Shown here: positions 1 to 7,450 of the stretch, piece after piece
How the letters are laid out: every line of letters starts with the position of its first letter
Numbering within the stretch: position 1 is the stretch's first letter
Assembly: GCA_029261355.1 (NCBI GenBank)
Contig: JAJDBM010000017.1
Span: 17,736-81,735 of the forward strand
Length of the DNA: 64,000 nucleotides
Reading direction: 5' to 3'
From: Nitrospirales bacterium
GTDB lineage: Bacteria; Nitrospirota; Nitrospiria; Nitrospirales; UBA8639
Position numbers and translations under genes: made by a program
Notes under the pieces: model-generated
Told to the model about the DNA's origin: nothing
Seen by the model: only the letters and a program-made list of their open reading frames with translations
Databases searched by the model: none

Positions 1-844
1 CGATGACATGGGTGTTAATTTTAATCTTATGCATAAAAGACTGCAAAAGAGCCAGTGCGGTTTGGGCATACGGATGGTCGGGGAAATGTTTGAGGAACGC
101 ACGAATATCACGTTCTGCCAACACTTCATCTCCATGAGCTGTGTGGAGTTCAATCAACCGAATTGTCGCTAAATCACCTGGATAGCGAGAGGGGTAGGCC
201 TCTATAAGGTTTTTCAGTGATGATTGATCCATCGCCTGTAGGATGAGGTCTTGAATGATTGTTTTGAGTTCGTCACGCTGCGGATAATCAACAAGTGTGA
301 TCTCATTCAGGGCTGATTGAATGGCTGTGACATGATTGCCTTGAGCAATATATACGTCACGAATCTGGCTGAGTGCCTCTTGACGAATTGTTGGATCAGC
401 TGAAAAGTCAAACACTTGTTCCAGAACGGCTTGGGCATGATCGAGTTGCCCTAATGAAAAATACACTTGCCCTAGGAGGAGTCGAGTTTCATGTGCAAGG
501 GGGGATGCCGGAAATTCATCTAACAATTGCTCCATGATCGATGCGGCGCTTTGTTCTTTATTCATGGTCCGCAAGATAGCGGCTTGAAGAAAGTAGGCCT
601 CTTGAAGCAGAGAAGGGGGAGGACCATGGTCAATCAAATCTGCAAGAAGGCTTAACGCGTCATCAAATTCTTGAATTTCAAAGAGGGTTTTGGCTCGATC
701 AAGTAATGTTTGATGAGCTTCAAGCTGTTGGTTGGCGACAAGAGTGGGCGAGAAGCCAGTCTCAGTTAAGGCCATGGCCGGTGCGAGATGCCAGCTGATA
801 CTGAATAATACAAGACTGAGTAGGAGGGATAACGTGACGCGCAT
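1..844 (-). CDS. secreted TPR-like repeat protein, N-terminal part (gene runs off the left edge; possibly LpoA-like / periplasmic-binding-fold protein)
   Basis: Hand translation of the minus strand from ATG at 844-842 is open to position 1. It starts MRVTLSLLLSLVLFSISWHLAPAMA (signal peptide) and continues with helical, TPR-like repeats. Absent from the ORF track because it has no stop inside the window. Confidence 0.6.
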   Translation of the reverse strand, partial: MRVTLSLLLSLVLFSISWHLAPAMALTETGFSPTLVANQQLEAHQTLLDRAKTLFEIQEFDDALSLLADLIDHGPPPSLLQEAYFLQAAILRTMNKEQSAASIMEQLLDEFPASPLAHETRLLLGQVYFSLGQLDHAQAVLEQVFDFSADPTIRQEALSQIRDVYIAQGNHVTAIQSALNEITLVDYPQRDELKTIIQDLILQAMDQSSLKNLIEAYPSRYPGDLATIRLIELHTAHGDEVLAERDIRAFLKHFPDHPYAQTALALLQSFMHKIKINTHVI

Positions 845-1108
845 TACAAGGGGAGAAGGTGTTTCAGGCTGTTCTTGTCTATCTACAGGGAGTAGCTTTA
901 CTCTGGAATTCATATGAGACAAACCCGCTCAGGGGAGTTTGTCATTTCTTGATACGTATCTCGTTATCACCACTCGCCGATTCAAGCTTCTTCCATTCGC
1001 AATGACGCAGAGTTTCATGCTGCTATGCTTGAACTGAATCGGCTCGACGTGCGTTGTTTCTTCTCTAGTGTACCAAAAGAACTACATTACCGCTAATATA
1101 AGAGTGAA

Positions 1109-2041
1109 ATGAATACGATCAAGGTGGAAACGGTATTGACTGAAGCAATGGATACGATTATTGAGCAGTATCTGACATCGTTACGAATTGAGGGAGGTCT
1201 TGCGACGAATACAGTGGTCGCCTACCGACGTGACCTCCGAAAACTCATGGATTTTCTAGTGATCAAGGGCGAGAGTCGATTTGGCGATGTATCCAAAGAA
1301 ACGTTTCAGGAGTTTCTTCGATACTTAAGAGGCCAAGAGTTGGCAGCCTCGTCAGTTGCTCGTTGTTTGGCGGCAGTTCGAGGTTTGTATCGGTTTCTTG
1401 GCGTCGAGAATGCTCAGCCAGGCCTGTTGACTCCCCTTGCAGGATCCCCCAAGCAATGGTCTCGTCTTCCCAAGGTCATGAGTGAGACGGACGTGACCAA
1501 CCTTTTAGACTTACCCTTACAACGAAATTCCGAAGATCTTCGGGATGCCTCTATGGTGGAGCTGATGTATGCCACAGGCCTTCGAGTGTCGGAGTTGATT
1601 CATTTAGAGGTCTCGCATGTGAATCGAGAGGTCGGCTATGTGTTGGCAACTGGAAAGCGTGATAAACAACGGATAGTTCCGCTTGGAGAAAAAGCCAACC
1701 AGATGCTGACAGACTATTTGAATCAAGCCAGGCCTCAGTTGCTCAAAACACGAATCTCACAAGCCCTCTTTCCCACACGCAGGGGGCAGCCCTTCACCAG
1801 GCAAGGGTTTTGGAAAATGCTCAAAACTCGTGCGAAACGTGCGGGAATTTCTCAATCCATTTCACCTCATATGCTTCGCCATTCATTTGCTACCCATCTC
1901 TTGGAACATGGTGCCGATCTCCGATCTGTCCAAATGATGTTAGGCCATGTCAGCATCGCCACCACCCAAATTTATACGCATGTCGAACATGCCCGTCTCA
2001 AACTCATCCATACGGAATTATTTCCGCGGAAAAAGCGTTAA
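1109..2041 (+). CDS. xerD: tyrosine recombinase XerD
   Basis: 310 aa. N-terminal SAM-like core-binding domain (AYRRDLRKL); C-terminal catalytic residues R..HxxR..Y in HMLRHSFATHLLEHGADLRSVQMMLGHVSIATTQIYTHV. XerD versus XerC assignment rests on overall resemblance only. Confidence 0.8.
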   Translation: MNTIKVETVLTEAMDTIIEQYLTSLRIEGGLATNTVVAYRRDLRKLMDFLVIKGESRFGDVSKETFQEFLRYLRGQELAASSVARCLAAVRGLYRFLGVENAQPGLLTPLAGSPKQWSRLPKVMSETDVTNLLDLPLQRNSEDLRDASMVELMYATGLRVSELIHLEVSHVNREVGYVLATGKRDKQRIVPLGEKANQMLTDYLNQARPQLLKTRISQALFPTRRGQPFTRQGFWKMLKTRAKRAGISQSISPHMLRHSFATHLLEHGADLRSVQMMLGHVSIATTQIYTHVEHARLKLIHTELFPRKKR

Positions 2042-2118
2042 AAGGGTCATTGATTTTTTCTGACAGAACAGAGAGAAAGCGATTGAACAATAGAGCGAGC
2101 AGGTATTGTTGTCCTCTT

Positions 2119-2220
2119 ATGCTAGGCCATGTCAGTGTCGCCTCAATATAAATTTATACCCACATCGAATCTGCCTGCCTTGAGCGAATTCACAGAGAAT
2201 AATTCCGTAGAAGAAGTGAA
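2119..2220 (+). pseudogene. relic copy of a tyrosine-recombinase 3' end, paralogous to the last ~34 codons of xerD
   Basis: Hand alignment to 1937-2041 gives about 67 of 102 nt identical (44 of the first 57). It encodes MLGHVSVAS, then an in-frame TAA where xerD has CAA. No upstream part of a gene is present. Confidence 0.6.
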
Positions 2221-2403
2221 GATTAGTCTAATTTTACGGTATTGCTTAAAGGGAAAGTTGGCACTATTCCACTCTTTTAAAAATCTGAAACGATTTCCTC
2301 TTGTTGGTATTTCGTAATAGGGGACACTTTGCTTTTTATTTCTTTTGTGGGGAAATTATAGAGTGAAACATCAAGCCAGTAACTTAACCTTCTGGCTTGC
2401 GCT

Positions 2404-2934
2404 TTATGTTGCCCCAGACATAGAGCGCGAATTGAGTGTGTGCCGGGTGTGCTTGCGTTCTCCAGTTCGTTGCAACACGCTCATTTCGACAAGACTTTGT
2501 AGGTCTCTGGTCGCCGTGGCACGAAATGTTTTCATGATGGCAAGATAGTTTTCAGCGCTTAACCAACCTGTGAATCCTTCCAGATTAGTAGCAATCAATT
2601 GAGCGATGACTTTGTCCTGTCGGGAGTTCAGTTGGATAATTTCTTGGTCGTTTAAACGAGTTTTTTCGATCAAGAAATCAATGTGCCATTGCGTCTACTG
2701 TTGTGCATCTAGAACGGTCTGAGCGAAATAGACAAGTTAGTTCGTGATTTCAAGCTTTCGGTTATTCTTTCCCAATGCTTGGGAGTAGTCCTTCCGGTGG
2801 TTTTCGATCGTTTGAGCAAGGGCAATAAGTCTGGGGAATCCTAGACTTTGGGAAAGAGATTTTTCTGCGATGGCCCGCCCTATGCGACCGTTCTCACCTT
2901 CGAATGGGTGAATACGGACAAAATAGAACGAATA
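2404..2934 (-). pseudogene. Fic/DOC family protein, degraded
   Basis: Minus-strand frame reads YFVRIHPFEGENGRIGRAIAEKSL (Fic motif HPFxxGNGRxxR). It is bounded upstream by a stop at 2935-2937 and has in-frame TAA (2737-2739) and TAG (2695-2697). The C-terminal winged-helix-like part is ORF 2404..2673. The N-terminal third is missing; a possible out-of-frame remnant extends to about 3056. Confidence 0.75.
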
Positions 2935-3176
2935 TTATATTCAGGGCACTTCTGAACCCCGTCCTTTCCCGTAATTGCGGCCTCACCCTCTTGCTCAAAT
3001 CCCCAGGTATGCGACCATATAAAGCGGTTTTGTGCGCGTAGATGCCTTGCCCTCATGAAAAATCCTTGTTTTGAGATGAGCCCTTTATGATGTTAAAACA
3101 TGAGTTGCAATTGTAAAAAGGCTTGTGGCAGGCTTGGTATTCATTTGGAATTTAATATGAGGAAGGAGTCATTATT

Positions 3177-3362
3177 ATGAAATACCGGAAGCAGGTCCAT
3201 TATGTGCGGGGGGTGTTTACCTGCCCAACGTGTCATCAAACGTTTGTGCAAGAGAAGTGGATTGAAGAAGTTCGGGTGCGATGTCATAAGTGCGATTATC
3301 GAGGGACATTGACCCATGTCTCGGTTGAAGAGCAGATGGACGAAGAAATTGAACGACGCTAG
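3177..3362 (+). CDS. small zinc-ribbon protein (CxxC..CxxC), function unknown
   Basis: 61 aa with CPTCH and CHKCD pairs. Strong RBS GGAAGGAG 8 nt upstream of the ATG. No family recognised. Confidence 0.5.
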   Translation: MKYRKQVHYVRGVFTCPTCHQTFVQEKWIEEVRVRCHKCDYRGTLTHVSVEEQMDEEIERR

Positions 3363-3436
3363 GTGACTCTCGGTGCCTCTCGGTGCCTCGTCTGGCCTTT
3401 TCCAATACGTTATGAGTTCTTATTGCCTCGCTCTTG

Positions 3437-3459
3437 CCCTCTCCCTTGAAGGGAGAGGG
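3437..3459. repeat. palindrome CCCTCTCCC-n5-GGGAGAGGG (REP-like hairpin)
   Basis: Perfect 9-bp stem read directly, with no T-tract after it. It lies between the zinc-ribbon ORF and the flavodoxin-like gene. An exact tandem decamer CTCGGTGCCT x2 sits at 3369-3388. Confidence 0.5.
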
Positions 3460-3503
3460 GATCATGTCCCATCACCTTGTTTCCGCCTTCGCTTGTTCTA
3501 TTC

Positions 3504-4148
3504 ATGCTTACCACTTTGAGAGCGATACTACTTGTTTGTTCCTGTAGTCTCCTCAGTGTGAGCCCTGGTTTTGCCCAAATAAAATTGGCCGAGTTGGCCG
3601 CTGATGTCAATGAAACGATTACTATTTTAGTGGCCTATCATTCTCTTTCCGGGAGTACTGAGAAAATGGCGCATGCGGTCGTAGACGGCGCAAAGGGAGT
3701 GCCTGGGACTCACGTCGAGTTGAGCCGGGTAGGAGTCGTCACTGGAGCGCAATTGTTTGCAAGTGATGCTGTGGTGGTTGGGTCCCCTGTGTACTGGTCG
3801 AATATGGCTGGAGAGGTGAAAACGTTCTTTGATGATTGGCAATTCAAGCATGGTGTGTTCCCTGAGTTTAAAATGAAGAATAAGGTTGGGGCGGCTTTTA
3901 CAACAGGTGGTCAAATTTCAAGTGGAAAAGAAGTCACTCTGCTGACCATTTTGGCGGCGATGTTAGGGAATAAGATGATTATCGTGAGTGAAGGTGGGGC
4001 TTTTGGTGCCTCCGCGACAACTGAAGGTGTGAGCCCAGGAATCGATAAACATGAGTTGAATGAAGCCAGAGCATTAGGAAAACGAGTGGCAGAGGTCACA
4101 TGGATGGTTAGGCGGGGGCAGATTGAACGTTCTGCTATCCAAGAGTAA
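3504..4148 (+). CDS. WrbA-type flavodoxin-like protein (NAD(P)H:quinone oxidoreductase family) with N-terminal signal peptide or membrane anchor
   Basis: ILVAYHSLSGSTEKMAHAVVDGA, VGSPVYWSNMAGEVKTFFD and GAAFTTGG resemble WrbA motifs. The N-terminus MLTTLRAILLVCSCSLLSVSPGFAQ is signal-like. The ORF track starts at TTG 3477; ATG 3504 is preferred, and no clear RBS supports either. Confidence 0.7.
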   Translation: MLTTLRAILLVCSCSLLSVSPGFAQIKLAELAADVNETITILVAYHSLSGSTEKMAHAVVDGAKGVPGTHVELSRVGVVTGAQLFASDAVVVGSPVYWSNMAGEVKTFFDDWQFKHGVFPEFKMKNKVGAAFTTGGQISSGKEVTLLTILAAMLGNKMIIVSEGGAFGASATTEGVSPGIDKHELNEARALGKRVAEVTWMVRRGQIERSAIQE

Positions 4149-4176
4149 CGATGTCTGTGAAATCTAGGTATCAACG

Positions 4177-4863
4177 ATGAGTGATCAACAAGATTACAGT
4201 GATCAGAAATGGAAGATTTACTGGGAGCGGGAGTATTCCACGGCGTTTGCGCCTGAGAGGCTCAAGTTAGAGTTTTGCCCTCATCGGCCGCTGATGACCA
4301 ATATGCCGCTTCCTGAGCAACGTGAACTGGCAGGGAGCGGGTATAAGGTTCTTCCTGATGATTGTGGACCTGTTCGGACTGTCGGTCAGTATGGCTGGCT
4401 TATTCGAAGTCCTGCGGATTGTCGTATACGGCGCTCAGCAAGTGGATTTGAGTGGCAATCGCCAGAAATTCAACCAGAAGAGCGACTACTCGGGTATAAG
4501 TCTTTTTCAGGGATGTATGTCGATTCGATATTGAATAGTGGGTACCCCAAGCTCTGCTGCGGGATTCGGTTTTATTACCCCAAGCAAATCGGGATCATGA
4601 TGAAAAACATTCCCAACCACTTTTATCATTTTCCTAAGCGGACGTATTCAATATGGGAAGGTATTAAATCTCAAGAATATAAAAATACTCCAAATTTATA
4701 CGATTTTCTCCCTGATTACGATGCCTTTACGACCAACTTTCTCCTTCAACTTGATAAACCAACCACAATTATGCGTGGTGATCCTATTGGCATCGTGTTT
4801 CCTATTCTCTTACCCAAGCAAGTCACATTAGAAGAATTGAACCCATCGGGTTCAAACGAATAG
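4177..4863 (+). CDS. hypothetical protein (no confident family; vaguely DUF-like beta-rich protein)
   Basis: 228-aa ORF, 28 nt after the flavodoxin-like gene on the same strand. No signal peptide or TM segment. Conserved-looking segments are CGPVRTVGQYGWLIRSP and IMRGDPIGIVFPIL. Confidence 0.5.
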   Translation: MSDQQDYSDQKWKIYWEREYSTAFAPERLKLEFCPHRPLMTNMPLPEQRELAGSGYKVLPDDCGPVRTVGQYGWLIRSPADCRIRRSASGFEWQSPEIQPEERLLGYKSFSGMYVDSILNSGYPKLCCGIRFYYPKQIGIMMKNIPNHFYHFPKRTYSIWEGIKSQEYKNTPNLYDFLPDYDAFTTNFLLQLDKPTTIMRGDPIGIVFPILLPKQVTLEELNPSGSNE

Positions 4864-5018
4864 ACCTCTCGGGCCCGATAGCAAGCATTTCTCTACTCAT
4901 TTCTCATTCATAATGCTGGTACCATATCTCGGGAGTTTAGTTTGCCTTGTGTGCCAATATGTATACACTCATGTGTTGATAGCCAATAGCTCTTTGTGTT
5001 TGAAGGGCATGTGTTGAA

Positions 5019-5861
5019 ATGAAGAAGCGTTTTAAAGGAAAGGGGCGGGTGGCAGATGAGACGAAGCGCGATCTCGATGTGCGAAGTTTGAGGGCTGCCC
5101 AGGCGCAAACTAAGCGACAAGGAAAGCGACAAGATATCTTCCATGTTCAGTGGCAGCAACTTTACGACTGTGCTGATTCTGGGAGTCGAGTTCGTTTGAT
5201 CGGGCTGCGTGAGCAATTTGACCGGCAGAAGCATGGTGTGTCGGAGCCTGCGCAGGTTGAAGTTGAAGTTGCCTTGTTGATGAATCAGGCGGGTTTTTCG
5301 GTTGCGTTTCTCGAAGAATCAGAGGTTCGCACAGCTGATTTAGAATGTTATTTGGGGGACGAGAGATTATTTGTTGAGGTGACAGCCATAGTGCCAACCC
5401 CTTCCGTTCGACGTGCGACGGAACCTTTAGATGTTGAGAGAGAGCGGCTCGAAGATGATCTGTATCACGATGTTTTCGTTCGACGTCTGATTTCACGGAT
5501 GACTGAAAAAGCCAGACAGCTCAATCGATATTGTGCCCCTATCCTCTTGACTGTGACCGTGCCGTTTAGTGAATGGCTTGAAGAAGTACGGTCTAGGCAG
5601 GAAAAAATTGATTTGCAACGGTTGAGCGGACTTCTCAGCACTGCGCTCACGAGTATTCCACAGCTGAGCGGGGTTCTCATTACCTGCTGGAATTTCTCAG
5701 CCCAACCAGCTCGATCGAACATACGCTTGAGTAATGCGACGTGGGTGGCCAGATCGGAAGGAGAGATAAAATTTCCACGAATTCGCCTGCTGGTCATCAA
5801 TCCTTCTTCCACCTATTCACTTGGGGAGAAAGAGGTCGTGGCCTTGAAGTCTGTGTTGTAA
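5019..5861 (+). CDS. hypothetical protein, basic N-terminus; possible PD-(D/E)xK-like core (speculative)
   Basis: 280-aa ORF. The segment EVEVALLMNQAGFSVAFLEE..TADLECYLGDERLFVEVTAI has E / D / ExT spacing reminiscent of restriction-endonuclease-like folds but lacks the canonical K. Start uncertain. Confidence 0.45.
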   Translation: MKKRFKGKGRVADETKRDLDVRSLRAAQAQTKRQGKRQDIFHVQWQQLYDCADSGSRVRLIGLREQFDRQKHGVSEPAQVEVEVALLMNQAGFSVAFLEESEVRTADLECYLGDERLFVEVTAIVPTPSVRRATEPLDVERERLEDDLYHDVFVRRLISRMTEKARQLNRYCAPILLTVTVPFSEWLEEVRSRQEKIDLQRLSGLLSTALTSIPQLSGVLITCWNFSAQPARSNIRLSNATWVARSEGEIKFPRIRLLVINPSSTYSLGEKEVVALKSVL

Positions 5862-5897
5862 AATGAGCCTGTTGATTTGCGTGCTTGAGGATTGACT

Positions 5898-6212
5898 TCA
5901 GGTGAGAGTGGCTTGGAGTTCTTCCAGATTTTTTATAACCATGAGGTCACCATTTTCAGTTGCGACAGCAATGCCTTTTTTGCAGGCATCTTGGCATTTA
6001 TCACTGTTTCCATGTTTTTGCAGTGATTGGGCGAGCGCCATATAGGCTGCGGAATATGTCGGTTTGACCTCGATGCAGCTTTCTAGTGCCGATATCGCTT
6101 CAGGCCAACTCTCATCTCCCATATAGGCTTTCCCCAGTCCAAACCAGAGCGTTTCATCTTTGGGGTCCATTTTCAGAACTTTTTGGAACTGTGCAATCTT
6201 AGGGTTAGGCAT
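5898..6212 (-). CDS. small tetratricopeptide-repeat protein
   Basis: 104 aa with TPR-like helical pairs (WFGLGKAYMGDESWPEAISALESCIEVKPTYSAAYMALAQSL). Confidence 0.6.
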   Translation of the reverse strand: MPNPKIAQFQKVLKMDPKDETLWFGLGKAYMGDESWPEAISALESCIEVKPTYSAAYMALAQSLQKHGNSDKCQDACKKGIAVATENGDLMVIKNLEELQATLT

Positions 6213-6399
6213 AATGTAAATTCATTAAGTATTCATTTGTGAATAGTAGAGCCTTGTGCATGCTCAAATTTATCATGCTTCTGTTCTCGTTGTCTAACTC
6301 CTGAGCGGTCAGGTTGAACTTCATTTTCCTCCATTCAGACAGCCTCATCTTGGTTAGCCTCCTAGGCCTATGGTACGATCGGGTGATTGTTCCTTCCAT
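6205..6399 (-). CDS. possible small basic protein translationally coupled to the TPR gene
   Basis: 64-aa ORF whose TAA (6207-6205) overlaps the ATG (6212-6210) of the downstream TPR gene. Weak RBS and no recognisable family, so it may be spurious. Confidence 0.25.
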   Translation of the reverse strand: MEGTITRSYHRPRRLTKMRLSEWRKMKFNLTAQELDNENRSMINLSMHKALLFTNEYLMNLHYA

Positions 6400-6499
6400 T
6401 CTTTTCTACCCGCGATTTACCTATAATCGAGGCCTTTTAGATAGGTGAAGTGTGTGAGCCAATATTATGCGTGAGGCATATGAATAATTTGAGGTTGTC

Positions 6500-7450
6500 G
6501 TGGGTCGAGTAGGGTTCGTGACTCATCCTCTATTTGAGGCACATGAGATGGGACCTGGTCATCCTGAGTCCCCAGAACGGTTACGGGCGATTCACTCACG
6601 CCTGGAGTCAACTGGTACCTTGGCTCGGTTGGTTACTATCGCCTCCAAGGCAGCTGCACGGGAATGGGTCGAAACCGTGCATGAGTCCACGTACGTAGAA
6701 AAACTTGAAGGGCGGTCACCGAGTTCTGGGTATGCCTCCTTAGATGCTGACACGACACTTTGTCCGTCGTCTCTTTCTGCAGCCTATTTAGGTGCCGGTG
6801 GTGCAATGGCTGCGGCAGATGCCGTGATGACCAAGCAGATTGATCAGGCGTTTTGTGCTGTTCGTCCTCCTGGTCATCATGCTGAGGCTGATCAGGCGAT
6901 GGGGTTTTGTCTGTTTAATAATGTGGCGATTGTCGCCAAATATCTTCAGCAACACCATGGTCTGACGCGCGTCTTAATCGTGGATTGGGATGTTCATCAT
7001 GGGAATGGTACTCAGCATATATTTTATGACGACCCCTCGGTCTTATTTTTCAGTACCCATCAGTTTCCTCATTACCCTGGCACCGGGCGTGCCACAGAGA
7101 CTGGTCGAGGAAATGGGTATGGGTTAACGGTGAATATCCCTCTATCAGGAGGGCAAGGTGATGAAGAATACGAAGAGGTCTTTCGGACGACCTTAGTGTC
7201 TGCAGCCAATGAGTTTCGTCCAGAATGTGTGCTGATTTCTGCAGGCTTTGATGCCCATCGAGATGATCCGTTGGCCAGTATGAATCTTACTGAAGACGGT
7301 TATGCAACGCTTACGCAGATTGTGATGGATATCGCTATGCAGCATGCCTCGGGCCGAGTCATTTCTTGCCTGGAAGGTGGCTATCACCTTCAAGCCTTGG
7401 CTCGGTCGGTTGATCGACACCTTCTTACGATGTTGGAGGCCGGAGAATGA
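6500..7450 (+). CDS. histone deacetylase-family amidohydrolase (AcuC / acetylpolyamine-deacetylase-like)
   Basis: 316 aa. Motifs RPPGHHA, DWDVHHGNGTQ, GFDAHRDDPL, EGGY. GTG start with GAGG RBS 5 nt upstream. Confidence 0.85.
   Translation: MGRVGFVTHPLFEAHEMGPGHPESPERLRAIHSRLESTGTLARLVTIASKAAAREWVETVHESTYVEKLEGRSPSSGYASLDADTTLCPSSLSAAYLGAGGAMAAADAVMTKQIDQAFCAVRPPGHHAEADQAMGFCLFNNVAIVAKYLQQHHGLTRVLIVDWDVHHGNGTQHIFYDDPSVLFFSTHQFPHYPGTGRATETGRGNGYGLTVNIPLSGGQGDEEYEEVFRTTLVSAANEFRPECVLISAGFDAHRDDPLASMNLTEDGYATLTQIVMDIAMQHASGRVISCLEGGYHLQALARSVDRHLLTMLEAGE

Noticed and set aside
1810-2151. 113-aa alternative-frame ORF running from inside xerD into the relic.
   Set aside because: It is out of frame with xerD and has a Cys/Pro-rich nonsense composition. 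It merely joins the relic's MLGHVSVASI by chance.
3369-3388. The tandem decamer, and other short tandem repeats, considered as a CRISPR or minisatellite array.
   Set aside because: Only two adjacent copies with no spacers, and no cas genes in the window.
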